A DNA stretch of 63,843 nt, counting the filler, from an uncultured Myxococcia bacterium (GTDB taxonomy: Bacteria; CAZTWC01), in NCBI GenBank assembly GCA_964617105.1. It is 5 parts of 5 records of this genome, joined end to end, with 100 filler letters (N's around TTAATTAATTAA, not from the genome) between each part and the next. Parts side by side here need not be neighbours in the genome. Positions count along the whole stretch, not along the records: positions 1 to 13,517 come from CAZTWC010000080.1; positions 13,618 to 27,117 come from CAZTWC010000081.1; 3 more parts are not named here. One strand, 5' to 3'. Every line of letters begins with the position of its first letter. Within the stretch, counting starts at the first letter, position 1. The notes below the pieces were generated by a model. The model made no database searches. It was not told where the DNA came from and saw only the letters and a program-made list of their open reading frames with translations. The translations under genes and the position numbers were made by a program. This document shows positions 10,037 through 20,179 of this stretch, piece by piece.

Positions 10037-11317
10037 TTAGGGCTCCCTTAACCTGTAAATATTGCCCGGTTTTTTTACTATTCTGCCCTCAATCTCCATC
10101 TCCATTAACAGTGTATAGAGTTGGGCCAGATCACCTTCCATCTTCAACAGTATTTGATCAAATGTCAACTCCCCCCCCTTCAAACTATCCAAAAGTTTTT
10201 GGGCATTCTTATCGGGCAGCCTGACCGAGTTTTGGATATCTTTTTGGCCAGGATTACTACCTAAAGGCTTTGGCTTCAATAAAAATAAAGAACCCTGCCT
10301 TACTTTCTGACCATTCAAATTTTTATCCCCAGTGATGGTTGGTTCCAGAGGAGAAGATATCATCTCCAGGGCGTCTCCGGTATCTAAAATAGGTTTTGCC
10401 CCCGATTTCAACAGGTTATTGGAACCGCCACAACTCGGATTATCAATTGGACCAGGTAGTGTATAACATTTTCGGCCCATTTTCAAGGCATAGCCGGCAG
10501 TGATTAATGCACCGCTCTTCCTGGGAGCCTGAGTCACTACCACCGACTCTGCCAAAGCAGCCACCAGCCAATTCCGCTGAACAAACTGGTGCTTGGGGTT
10601 ACCCTGAGTGGGCATAAACTGGCTAATAACCGCCCCGGATCTCTCCACCTGTTGAAACAGATCCCAATTTTGGACAGGATATATATCATCAAAACTGCTG
10701 CCCAACACCACAATAGTACTGCCGCCAACCTGGCAAACTGCTTTATGGGCGGCTGTATCAGCACCTAAAGCACCTCCACTCACCACACAAATCCCCTTTC
10801 CGGCTAAAAAACCAGCCAGTCCAGAAGTTATTTTTTCGCCATAATTATCGATTTTCCTGGTACCAATAATGGCCACCGACCTGCTCATCAGCACCGAACA
10901 ATCTCCCCTTAAAAAAAAATATAGGGGCGGAGCTGGTATATCTAAAAGCCTGGCCGGATATTCCTGGTCCAAAATAGTTATCAACCTGGCTTTATGGCGG
11001 GCAGCAAAGTTTTTTATGGCCTCTGCCTCTCCTAAAGGATCAGTCTGTTGTATCGATTTCCGCCAACTATCCAGTCTTTTGGGGCTAACCAACTGATTTC
11101 TACCCAGGGAAGGCAGGTCAAAATTGTGACTGGCCCATTGAAAAACTCTACCTGGCGTGCCCACCTGGTCCAGCAGAGTAAAAATGTACTTACTCCCCAT
11201 CTGGTTCACAGCAGTCAAGGCCAGAAGAAAATCTTTCTCCTGCGATAAATCGGTAAACTCAGGATGATCTAGCAAATATTTTATCTTTTCACGGTAATCC
11301 AAAACTGTCATCTCCAC
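10037..11317 (-). CDS. dprA: DNA-processing protein DprA
   Basis: YPARLLDI..PP, VAIIGTR, VVSGGALGADTAAH, FVQRN, SGALITA, C-terminal wHTH; canonical position upstream of topA. Confidence 0.95.
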   Translation of the reverse strand: MEMTVLDYREKIKYLLDHPEFTDLSQEKDFLLALTAVNQMGSKYIFTLLDQVGTPGRVFQWASHNFDLPSLGRNQLVSPKRLDSWRKSIQQTDPLGEAEAIKNFAARHKARLITILDQEYPARLLDIPAPPLYFFLRGDCSVLMSRSVAIIGTRKIDNYGEKITSGLAGFLAGKGICVVSGGALGADTAAHKAVCQVGGSTIVVLGSSFDDIYPVQNWDLFQQVERSGAVISQFMPTQGNPKHQFVQRNWLVAALAESVVVTQAPRKSGALITAGYALKMGRKCYTLPGPIDNPSCGGSNNLLKSGAKPILDTGDALEMISSPLEPTITGDKNLNGQKVRQGSLFLLKPKPLGSNPGQKDIQNSVRLPDKNAQKLLDSLKGGELTFDQILLKMEGDLAQLYTLLMEMEIEGRIVKKPGNIYRLREP

Positions 11318-12797
11318 ACTTATACCCCAGTATCTCGATTTTAATTCTGGTTAAAATCTTGGCTAACTTCAAACTGGCCATTAAAATTGCTTTGTCATTG
11401 CTTCCACCCTGGGTCAATTTGATATGGGTCGCATCTATATTCCATTGGTTAAGGGCAGGATCCACCCCACGCCAACCACCGTTCAGATAGATTTCCACCC
11501 ATTCATGATAGCCAAAAGAATCCTGATAATAGACCAGCCCGTTGACAATTCTGGCCGGTATCCCCAGCGCCTTAACTAAAGAAGAAAAGAGGATAGAGTG
11601 CTCGGTGCAATCCCCCTGCCGGCTCTGTAGAACCTCCAGTGCCGAAGAATAGGCGCTCTGCAAATTCTTTTTATTAATATAAAGGTAAACCCAGGATAGA
11701 ATCTTCCTGGCTGCCTGTTCCCCCCTTATGCCGCCAACAATTTTTTTAACCGTGGTTTTAATGCGCTGGTCATCTACCTGTTCATAGCGACTGGCAGAGA
11801 TATATTTCTGGCGATCCTGCCGGTCCAATAACGCTGGTTCGCATTTACTACTGCCCCTGGATAAATTAATCATGGCTGTCCCGGAATTGAGCATGGTAAC
11901 CAGTTGGCACCGATTCCGGGGGATAGAGGGTAGATGCCCATTTTGAGAGGTAATCTTTATTCTCAAAAAAGAGATCCCAGACGGATCGGGTAACTTTCGA
12001 TCCGGTTTGATTAAAGACCAGTTCACAATATTGAGTAAATTCTCAAATTTATTAGCCTGCTTCTTCTTACTTTGCCGGCTCTCCATACCGATACTATCCA
12101 TTCGATTAATAACTATCCGGCCTTTAGAATCTAATCTCTCCAGAAAATCAATGCCCAACACTTTACCCTTGATTAGGGTTTTTGGGAGTTTATTTTTTTT
12201 TACCCTTTCTGAATTCACCTCTAAATGAATCTCCACCACATTACCCAATTCCTCCATAATAACCGGTAGGGTAAATATTTCTTTCCGAACACCGCCTTTC
12301 TGCCGAACATACATCTCCAACAAGGAGTTAAAAATAGTATTAGGGGGCAAGTCAATACTCTTCAGCGCTTTATCTCCCGGGATGCTTTCCGTCTTCAGCC
12401 GGCCATTTATGACTCGTCCCCGGATATTCTCATCCTGCTGGTCGATCTTCTTGGTAAAAAGGAATTCCAGAGGTTTGAAATCCGCAGTGGAGAGGCTGCT
12501 GATTCTGCTTTCTACAGTTACTTCATGTTCACCCCGATTGACCCTCAAGATGTTACTGCTTATCACCTCCAGCACCTTCATTTGCCCCATATATCCCTGA
12601 AATATCTGAATTTGCATATACCCCACCTTTTTACCGTGAAGAAAATGCTCCAGCCACTGCTCCTGCAATAGTTCTTTATCTTTTAAACTCCAGCCATGTA
12701 CAAAAGAGACCTCTATTCCCAGGTTAAAAAACCACACCCAAATACAAATAAAAGGCCACACCAGCCGGTTTTTAAATATTTTCATATCCACATCCAT
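11289..12797 (-). CDS. Transglutaminase-like domain protein, exported
   Basis: GDCTEHSILF..LGIPARIVNGL, YHEWVEIY, W.GVDP triad motifs; hydrophobic N-terminus. Confidence 0.85.
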   Translation of the reverse strand: MDVDMKIFKNRLVWPFICIWVWFFNLGIEVSFVHGWSLKDKELLQEQWLEHFLHGKKVGYMQIQIFQGYMGQMKVLEVISSNILRVNRGEHEVTVESRISSLSTADFKPLEFLFTKKIDQQDENIRGRVINGRLKTESIPGDKALKSIDLPPNTIFNSLLEMYVRQKGGVRKEIFTLPVIMEELGNVVEIHLEVNSERVKKNKLPKTLIKGKVLGIDFLERLDSKGRIVINRMDSIGMESRQSKKKQANKFENLLNIVNWSLIKPDRKLPDPSGISFLRIKITSQNGHLPSIPRNRCQLVTMLNSGTAMINLSRGSSKCEPALLDRQDRQKYISASRYEQVDDQRIKTTVKKIVGGIRGEQAARKILSWVYLYINKKNLQSAYSSALEVLQSRQGDCTEHSILFSSLVKALGIPARIVNGLVYYQDSFGYHEWVEIYLNGGWRGVDPALNQWNIDATHIKLTQGGSNDKAILMASLKLAKILTRIKIEILGYKCGDDSFGLP

Positions 12798-12996
12798 TTC
12801 CCAACCAAAACCCGATTACCCGCTCCCAAATATCCACCCACTGATGTCAACCAGGCATTAAAATCCCGGGAATTCTTTTCGTTTTTAAAACATGCCATCC
12901 AGCTTGTCAAGGGAAGGTTTTCTTTGACGAAGAATTACAAATATGATATATCTCCACTGTAAAAGTGAATATTATCAAGAATATGAAGAGGTTATT

Positions 12997-13517
12997 ATGC
13001 AGAAGAACAATTTTTTTGTTCAACTTAATATCTGTTTATTAACAATCCTGCTATTGGCATCCCCATTTGCCCTGGCACAGGATATGCCGATAAAGATCAC
13101 TCACTTTTCCATCAACAAATATTTTGAGGGAGAAAATTTTACCATCAAAGGCCAGGTGCACAATGTCCACAACTTGCAAAAACTGCTGCTGCTCTATAAG
13201 CCAGAAAGACTTTTCCAATTTATACCCAAAGAAATGGTTATCAATCCTGTCAGCGGCTACTATGAGGTAACTCTGTCCAGTATAGAGTTGGAAAATTTTA
13301 ACTCGTTTGAGTATTATATTGCGGCAATTGACAATACCGGAAAAAGTCACCTGGTATTCAAATCCCCCGGCCAACCACAAAAAGTAACCAAAGAATCGCT
13401 TACCGATACCATGGATGAATTAATGGAGGGGCTGGAAACGGAATTTGCCGTATTCGGGGCAGAAGATGTGGTAGAAACCGCCTCCCGTCACAAACAAAAA
13501 ATCAGCGAAGCCCCAGT
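12997..13517 (+). CDS. TonB-dependent receptor, N-terminal part (truncated by contig end)
   Basis: RBS GAGG before ATG 12997, signal peptide (LLLASPFALA), plug-start motif VVETASRHKQKISEAP. Confidence 0.7.
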
Positions 13518-13617
13518 NNNNNNNNNNNNNNNNNNNNNNNNNNNNNNNNNNNNNNNNNNNNTTAATTAATTAANNNNNNNNNNNNNNNNNNNNNNNNNNN
13601 NNNNNNNNNNNNNNNNN
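13518..13617. other. Artificial contig linker
   Basis: N-run, TTAATTAATTAA (stops in all six frames), N-run; 100 nt. Confidence 0.99.
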
Positions 13618-13640
13618 CCTCACCCCTAACCCCTCACCCC
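13618..13640. repeat. Heptamer tandem repeat (CCTCACC/CCTAACC) inside the pglX reading frame
   Basis: cctcacc cctaacc cctcacc cc at the contig edge, translating as SPLTPHP. Confidence 0.6.
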
Positions 13641-14285
13641 TCCTTCCCCCCCGACGACGACGGCATCATCCCCATCACCGACCAATCCTGGTTCGAAGAC
13701 GATGCCACCGAGCGTTTCATAACCTTCATCCGAACCGTCTGGCCAAAGGAAACACTGGAAGAAAACCTGCAATTCATCGCGGACAACCTGGAGCCTAAAA
13801 AAGGCGAAGCATCCCGCGATACCATACGCCGGTATATCAGCAGCAACACGGCCAAAGGTTTTTATAAGCACCATATGCAGATGTATAAAAAGAGGCCCAT
13901 CTACTGGAAATTCAGTTCAGGAAAAGAGCAGGCTTTTGAGTGTCTGGTCTATCTGCACCGATACAATGAAGGTACCCTGGCAAGAATGCGGACTGAATAT
14001 GTCATTTCATTGGCCGGCAAACTAAATGCCCGTGTTGACCACTTACGTGAAGAGGAAGACTCCCCCAACCGTTCAGCGGCCGAGAAAAAGCGGTTTATGA
14101 AGGAGCGGGTTATAACCGATAAGAAAATCGCTGAATTGCAGAAATTTGATGAACTGCTGCGGCATTACGCTGATAAACGAATCAAACTCGATTTGGATGA
14201 CGGTGTGAAGGTCAATTATGGAAAGTTTGGCACGCTTTTGAGTGAAGTGAAAGCGGTTACAGGAAAGAAACCGGAGAACGATTGA
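13618..14285 (+). CDS. pglX: BREX-1 adenine methyltransferase PglX, C-terminal part (5' truncated)
   Basis: Frame open from the contig edge: FPPDDDGIIPITDQSWFEDD...LEENLQFIA...TIRRY...FYKHHMQMYKKRPIYWKFSSG...LVYLHRY...LDLDDGVKVNYGKFG; pglZ and brxL lie downstream. Confidence 0.92.
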
Positions 14286-14303
14286 TTATGATAAGAAAAA
14301 AAA

Positions 14304-14392
14304 TTAACGCAAAGCCGCGGAGGCGCAGAGCCGCAGAGATGGTTCTATATAATTTCTCTTTGCGTCTCAGCGCCTTTGCGCCTCTGCGTTAA
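14304..14392. repeat. Palindromic octamer array, copy 1 (4 left + 4 right units)
   Basis: TTAA CGCAAAGC CGCGGAGG CGCAGAGC CGCAGAGA [AT-rich loop] TCTTTGCG TCTCAGCG CCTTTGCG CCTCTGCG TTAA. Confidence 0.9.
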
Positions 14393-14409
14393 ACTATTAG
14401 AAGGAATAG

Positions 14410-15564
14410 ATGATGTTTATTTCAAGAGTTATCCTTAAAAACTGGCGCAATTTTTTAAAGGCCGATGTGTCGCTGCAGAAACGTAATTTCATTATCGGAC
14501 CCAACGCATCCGGAAAATCTAATTTTCTAGATGCGTTCCGGTTTTTAAGAGATATCAGTTCACCAGACGGCGGCGGCATACAAAAATCTGTTCAGGATCG
14601 TGGTGGCATGTACAAACTGCTCTGCCTGGCGGCTCACAAACCATCAAATATTGAAATTGAAGTGCAACTGTCAGAGGAGCCAGAAGAACATCCGTTGTGG
14701 ACATATTCATTAGGGGTTACTCAGTTAAAAAATACTCCGCAAAAAGTTCTGATCACACATGAAAAAGTGTGGAAAAAGGATAAACTGATTCTAGACCGTC
14801 CTGACAGTAAAGATAAAAAGGATAAAGAGCGCCTTACACAAACCCATTTGGAGCAAGTCAACGCCAATACCGAATTCAGAGACATCGCCTCATTCTTCTC
14901 ACAGATCAGATATCTTCATCTTGTTCCCCAGTTACTCAAGCATCCTGAATCTTTCCACGGCAGAATAATAGCAAGAGATCCTTTTGGTCAGGATTTTCTG
15001 GAGCTTATTGCCAAAACACCTGAAAAAACAAGTGACAACAGACTTAAAAAAATATCTCAGGCGCTGCAGACAGCAATTCCGCAACTGAAAGAACTCAGGT
15101 TTCAACGTGATTCAGTGTCTGGAAAACCCCATCTTGAAACTCAACACTACCATTGGAAACCAAAGACTAACTGGCAGAAGGAAGAACAGTTTTCAGACGG
15201 CACGCTTCGTCTTATAGGTTTTTTATGGGCTGTTCTCGAAGGCAATCCAGTTCTATTGCTCGAAGAGCCTGAACTATCCTTAAACACAAGCATTGTAAGG
15301 CAGTTGCCCTCAATCATCCACAGAATCGGGCAAAAGAAAAAACAGCAGATTTTAGTTTCGACCCATAGCCCGGATCTGCTGATGCATAAAGGTATTGACG
15401 GCAGGGAAACGCTTTTGCTTATCCCGGAAAAAGAGGGCACCAAAATAACGGCGGCAGCGGATATAATGGAAATAAAAACTCTGCTCGAAGCAGGCATGTC
15501 TGTAGCTGAGGCAGTGCTTCCAAGAACAAGAATCGACAATATTCAGCAGTTGGGGTTGTTCTAG
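14410..15564 (+). CDS. ABC-type ATPase of the AAA_21/AAA_15 (AbiEii/PARIS AriA-like) family
   Basis: GPNASGKSN, FSDGTLR, LLLEEPE, VSTHS. Confidence 0.9.
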   Translation: MMFISRVILKNWRNFLKADVSLQKRNFIIGPNASGKSNFLDAFRFLRDISSPDGGGIQKSVQDRGGMYKLLCLAAHKPSNIEIEVQLSEEPEEHPLWTYSLGVTQLKNTPQKVLITHEKVWKKDKLILDRPDSKDKKDKERLTQTHLEQVNANTEFRDIASFFSQIRYLHLVPQLLKHPESFHGRIIARDPFGQDFLELIAKTPEKTSDNRLKKISQALQTAIPQLKELRFQRDSVSGKPHLETQHYHWKPKTNWQKEEQFSDGTLRLIGFLWAVLEGNPVLLLEEPELSLNTSIVRQLPSIIHRIGQKKKQQILVSTHSPDLLMHKGIDGRETLLLIPEKEGTKITAAADIMEIKTLLEAGMSVAEAVLPRTRIDNIQQLGLF

Positions 15565-16202
15565 TGGGCGATGTTTTCCTTTTTTTAGCGGTTGAGGATG
15601 AATTGAGCGAGCATGTCGCCAGGAAAGTTTTGCAGTCTGTATCTCCACTGTTCAAGATACATCAGGTGCTTGGCGGAAACGGTTTTACATATCTGAAGAA
15701 AAATATCGAGAAATTCAATCAGATTGCCAGGTCAATACCCTTTCTTCTAATCACAGATCTGGATGCCGCTGATTGTCCGCCTACACTATTGCAGGAATGG
15801 GGAGCTGACGATTTGCACAGCAACTTCATCCTCCGCATTGCCGTCAGGGAGATTGAATCTTGGATACTTGCGGACAGGTGTGGCTTTTCCGAATATTTTA
15901 AAATCAGTAAAGTCAACGTGCCGAAAGAACCCGATGAAATCATGGACCCCAAACAGTATCTGGTTAACATCATAAGGAAAAAATGCCGAAAAAAGATTAT
16001 TAAAGAAGACATTGTTCCGCCTAAGGGAGCGACCAGCAACCAGGGACCTGGTTATAATATTCGCATGGGTGATTTTGTTTACTCAGGATGGAATCCGGTT
16101 AAAGCGCAAGAGAACTCTGTGAGCCTTAATGGAGCAATTAAACGCTTAAAAAGTTTTATAAAATTAACGCAAAGCCGCAAAACCGCAGAGGCGCAGAGAT
16201 AG
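15564..16202 (+). CDS. DUF4276-family (TOPRIM-like) partner of the ATPase
   Basis: LAVEDELSE, LITDLD..DCP, AVREIESWILADR, DPKQ; GTG start overlaps the ATPase TAG. Confidence 0.75.
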   Translation: MGDVFLFLAVEDELSEHVARKVLQSVSPLFKIHQVLGGNGFTYLKKNIEKFNQIARSIPFLLITDLDAADCPPTLLQEWGADDLHSNFILRIAVREIESWILADRCGFSEYFKISKVNVPKEPDEIMDPKQYLVNIIRKKCRKKIIKEDIVPPKGATSNQGPGYNIRMGDFVYSGWNPVKAQENSVSLNGAIKRLKSFIKLTQSRKTAEAQR

Positions 16203-16239
16203 AAAAAATACGCTTTGTGCCTTGACGACTCTGCGTTAA
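16164..16239. repeat. Palindromic octamer array, copy 2 (4+3 units), overlapping the DUF4276 stop
   Basis: TTAA CGCAAAGC CGCAAAAC CGCAGAGG CGCAGAGA TAGAAAAAATAC GCTTTGTG CCTTGACG ACTCTGCG TTAA. Confidence 0.9.
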
Positions 16240-16256
16240 ATATAATAGGGGTTAAT

Positions 16257-17410
16257 ATGCATAACCACGATAATAATAACTCAGGATTACAACGTTTCAG
16301 CGAAACCGGAGGCGATCTGTTTGAACGAGTGACTTCAATTCTGGAAGAAGCCAGAAAAAATGTCGTTCGCGCCGTCAACAGCAATATGGTTATCGCCTAC
16401 TGGCTGATCGGGCGGGAAATCGTCCGTGAAGTTCAGAATGGCGATGCACGGGCGGAATATGGGAAGCAGATTATAGGAAAATTATCACAGCAATTAACCA
16501 AAAAGTATAAACATGGCTTTTCAGTTACCAATCTCCAAGGAAATTTTATCAGGTATATTCTGAACGTTTACCAAAACAACACCCAATGGGTGCTAAATCT
16601 TTACAGTTAAATTTTCAATCTGGAAAACCACGCCCAGCGGGTGACGAATCTGTTAAAGGGTTTTCACCACAACTTTCATGGTCACATTATCGAGCCTTAA
16701 TGCGGGTTAATGATGATAAAGCACGGTGGTTCTATGAACACGAAGCAATTACCTGCAGTTGGAACAAACGCGAATTGGAACGTAACATTAACTCATATTA
16801 TTATGAACGCTTGCTCAAGAGCAATTATCCACAACAGATGCTGGAATCTGCAAGAAATGAGAATGTGACAGTTGATCCAGCCAGCGAAAGTCTGAAAGAC
16901 CCTTATGTGCTTGAATTTCTCGAACTACCTGACATATATAATATACATGAAAGCCAGTTGGAATCCGCCATCATTACCAACTTGCAGCAATTTTTACTTG
17001 AACTTGGCAAAGGCTTTGCCTTTGTTGCCCGTCAGAAACGCCTTCAGTATGATGACGATTTTTTTTATATCGACCTTGTTTTCTATAACTATATTTTAAA
17101 ATTCTTTTTATTGATTGATTTAAAGATTGATGAACTCACTCATAAGGATGTGAGGCAAATGGACAGCTATGTCCGCATGTTCGATGATATTTCTACATCA
17201 AAAGACGACAACCCCACCATTGGACTGATTTTGTGCACAAAAAAGAACAAAACTGTAGCAAAATACTCTGTTTTAAGCGAGCGAAAGCAGATATTTGCTT
17301 CAAAATACATGCTTTACCTGCCAACAGAACAGGAACTTGTAAATGAATTGGAGCATAAACGACTTTTAATCGAGGATCGGCTGAGTATGGAAAACCATGA
17401 GGATGATTGA
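16257..17410 (+). pseudogene. DUF1016/YhcG PD-(D/E)XK nuclease, frameshifted near 16535
   Basis: N-half (VNSNMVIAYWLIGREIV...RAEYG...GFSVTNLQ) and C-half (RKFYQVY...LSWSHY...KDPYVLEFL...ELGKGFAFVARQ...IDLVFYN...IDLK...DNPTIGLILC) lie in different frames. Confidence 0.85.
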
Positions 17411-17425
17411 CAATAATAAAAAAAA

Positions 17426-17501
17426 TAGACGCAAAGACGCGGAGACGCAGAGATAGAAAAAATACTCTTTGCGCCTTAGCGCCTTGGCGGCTCTGCGTTA
17501 A
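17426..17501. repeat. Palindromic octamer array, copy 3 (3+4 units)
   Basis: TAGA CGCAAAGA CGCGGAGA CGCAGAGA TAGAAAAAATAC TCTTTGCG CCTTAGCG CCTTGGCG GCTCTGCG TTAA; same loop as copy 2. Confidence 0.9.
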
Positions 17502-17520
17502 ATTTTAAAGGCAAATAGAC

Positions 17521-20175
17521 ATGGATTTAAGAAAAATAACAGACGGCATAAACCAGCTTTTCACGGAAGACAACCGGATTGTCTTCTGGAACGATGCCAA
17601 TGCAGAATTTGAAGAAGTGATAGATTCTTTGAACCTGGATGACATTGTTGTTCTTAACCTGGATAAAGAAGGTGAATTGGCCGTAAAGATACGCATCGAG
17701 TGTGAAGAGCCCGAAAAGCGGTTTTTACTTTACTCCGCCAAAGCGAAACCTTCCCATGAAGAGGACTGGTTGCTCGATATCCGCTGCTACAGTAAAACTT
17801 TCCATGCGGATCGCGCCGCCATGATTCTGACGGAACTGGGGCTTGTAAATCAGTTCATGCGCCCCCATATTGCAAAACGAATAGCCTTTTTCAATGCCAG
17901 AGAGAGGCTGAACAAACTGCTGAAAACAGTTGAGCCGGAGGATACTGAGGAAAAACTGGATTTAAAAATCCTCGCTATTTTGACCAAAACAATTGAATCC
18001 GATTTTTTCTCCATTCTCATCAGCATTTTTCATTCAATTGCAGATGACCTGGACAAAGATGATGCTCATATTTCACAATTGGAAGAGCCGGCTGTTTTTA
18101 AAGATATTCAAAAATATGGTCTTGATAATTTCTTTTGGGAACTGGTAAAACGGGAATTCGGTTATGAATCGGAAAATCCAAAGTTTTCCAATTTGCTTGT
18201 CAGGCTATTTGTCACTGATTTTTCACGTTCTCTTCTTTCAGTGGATACGCCGGCGCCATTAAAGTCTCAACTGCTGCCGGACGGTATGCAGAGCGCTAAT
18301 ACATCGGTCTGCCTCTCCAGGTGGCGTGAGAGTATTACTTTTCATGAAAGTTATGATTTTATTTCCAATATGATAGCAAAAGCCGTCAATGTCGATGAAC
18401 TTCTAACAGGCATTGAATCAAGCGACATACAGGAGTGTGTTACTTTTCAGGCTGTGGAAAAGGCATTGATCAGGGGCATGAGAGATCATGTTCTTGGTTC
18501 GAAACGAGAGTTGGATCTTGAACAGTTCCTTTCAAACATTACTCTGAGAAAAGATAAACATTGGGTGACAAGCCAGTTGAAGGATTCAGACAATGTTACC
18601 CGCGAGGCTTACCGGCAAAGTTACCATGCCCTTTGCTGCGCCGCTGAACTGAAAGTTCTCAGAGAAAAATATAATGAAGGTTTCAGTTTCTCTTCTGCGG
18701 AAAAAATGTATAAGGCATATGAAACCGAACTGTATCTGTTTGACAGGCTTTACCGGCATTTCAATGAAGCGGCGGAGATAGTGCAGAGTTATGGAGGCGA
18801 TCTTTTAAAAGAACTCAGGGATTATGTGGAAAATCTTTACCTCGACTGGTTCATACCTCGCCTTTCCCTTGCCTGGGGTCATTTTTTAGAACCGGATGAT
18901 AGTCAACCCAAGAAAGGACTGTTAAATAAATGGCGGCTTGATTCTGTACAAAATCAGCATCAGTTCTACCTTAATCACATAAGCCCGCATGTAAAATCCA
19001 CCAGCATCACCCGCAGGATATTTGTGATTATAAGTGATGCTCTGAGATTTGAAGCCGCTCAGGAACTATTTGTCGAACTGAACAGCAAGCACCGTATAAA
19101 GGCTGAACTGTCGAGCCAACTAGGCGTTGTCCCGAGTTATACGGCACTGGGTATGGCTGCCCTTTTACCTTATAGCAATCTTTCATTTGGCGATCATGGG
19201 GAGGTTCTCATTGATGACAAAGCAACAGCCGGAATCGATGCCAGAAAAAGAATATTATCTTTCCATGAGGGTATTGCAATCAAAGCCCATGACTTGATAC
19301 AGATGAAACGTGACGAGGGACGTGAATTTATCAAGCCGTACAAAGTCGTTTATATCTACCACGATGAGATAGATGCCGTAGGCGATGATGCTAAAACAGA
19401 GGACAAGACCCTGCAGGCTGTAAGGCGAACCATAAATGACCTGGGACAACTTACAAAAGTTCTCATTAACCGTTTTAACGGCAGCCATATTATCATCACG
19501 GCAGATCACGGATTTTTGTTCAGGATGAGGCCCCTTGACGATGTCAATAAAAGTTTAATCAGGGAAAAACCTGCTAATGCCGTTCTTTCCAAAAAGAGAT
19601 ATATTATTGGTAAAAACCTGGGCTCATCCTTAAAAGTGCTGAAACAGAACATCAAGATAACGACGAATGCTGATGGCGATATGGAGTTCTGGATACCCAA
19701 AGGGGTAAACCGTTTTCACTTTGCAGGCGGTTCCCGGTTTGTGCATGGCGGCGCCATGCTTCAGGAGATAGTCGTCCCTGTAATTACAGTAAAAGCGATG
19801 AGAAAAGACGCTGCTGAAAAAGACCCTGTAAAAAATGTAAGCATCCAGCTTTTAGGCAGCAATCACCGTATCGTAATGAATCGCCATCGTTTTGAATTTA
19901 TCCAGATGGATGCTGTGTCGAAAAAAACACTGCCTCTGACTGTCCAGGTAGCAGTCTGGGATGATGATGCGCCAATCAGTGATGTAGTTACCATAACTTT
20001 TGACAGTGCTTCCTCACAAATAGACGAGCGGAAAAAGAGTGTGCTTTTAACATTGTCAGGCGGGCAATATGACAGGAAAAAAACATACAACATAGTCGTT
20101 CAAAATGCTGACAGCCAGATTGAACTGCAACGTTATCCGGTCACTATTGACTTGACTATTGCCAGTGATTTTTAA
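17521..20175 (+). CDS. pglZ: BREX-1 phosphatase PglZ
   Basis: RIVFWND, VIISDALRFE, PSYTALGMAALLP, IYHDEIDAVGD, ITADHGF, FVHGGAMLQE. Confidence 0.96.
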   Translation: MDLRKITDGINQLFTEDNRIVFWNDANAEFEEVIDSLNLDDIVVLNLDKEGELAVKIRIECEEPEKRFLLYSAKAKPSHEEDWLLDIRCYSKTFHADRAAMILTELGLVNQFMRPHIAKRIAFFNARERLNKLLKTVEPEDTEEKLDLKILAILTKTIESDFFSILISIFHSIADDLDKDDAHISQLEEPAVFKDIQKYGLDNFFWELVKREFGYESENPKFSNLLVRLFVTDFSRSLLSVDTPAPLKSQLLPDGMQSANTSVCLSRWRESITFHESYDFISNMIAKAVNVDELLTGIESSDIQECVTFQAVEKALIRGMRDHVLGSKRELDLEQFLSNITLRKDKHWVTSQLKDSDNVTREAYRQSYHALCCAAELKVLREKYNEGFSFSSAEKMYKAYETELYLFDRLYRHFNEAAEIVQSYGGDLLKELRDYVENLYLDWFIPRLSLAWGHFLEPDDSQPKKGLLNKWRLDSVQNQHQFYLNHISPHVKSTSITRRIFVIISDALRFEAAQELFVELNSKHRIKAELSSQLGVVPSYTALGMAALLPYSNLSFGDHGEVLIDDKATAGIDARKRILSFHEGIAIKAHDLIQMKRDEGREFIKPYKVVYIYHDEIDAVGDDAKTEDKTLQAVRRTINDLGQLTKVLINRFNGSHIIITADHGFLFRMRPLDDVNKSLIREKPANAVLSKKRYIIGKNLGSSLKVLKQNIKITTNADGDMEFWIPKGVNRFHFAGGSRFVHGGAMLQEIVVPVITVKAMRKDAAEKDPVKNVSIQLLGSNHRIVMNRHRFEFIQMDAVSKKTLPLTVQVAVWDDDAPISDVVTITFDSASSQIDERKKSVLLTLSGGQYDRKKTYNIVVQNADSQIELQRYPVTIDLTIASDF

Positions 20176-20179
20176 ATTT

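Noticed and set aside
16520-16560. Programmed ribosomal frameshift in DUF1016
   Set aside because: Conserved residues are missing at the junction and there is no canonical slippery heptamer, so a deletion fits better.
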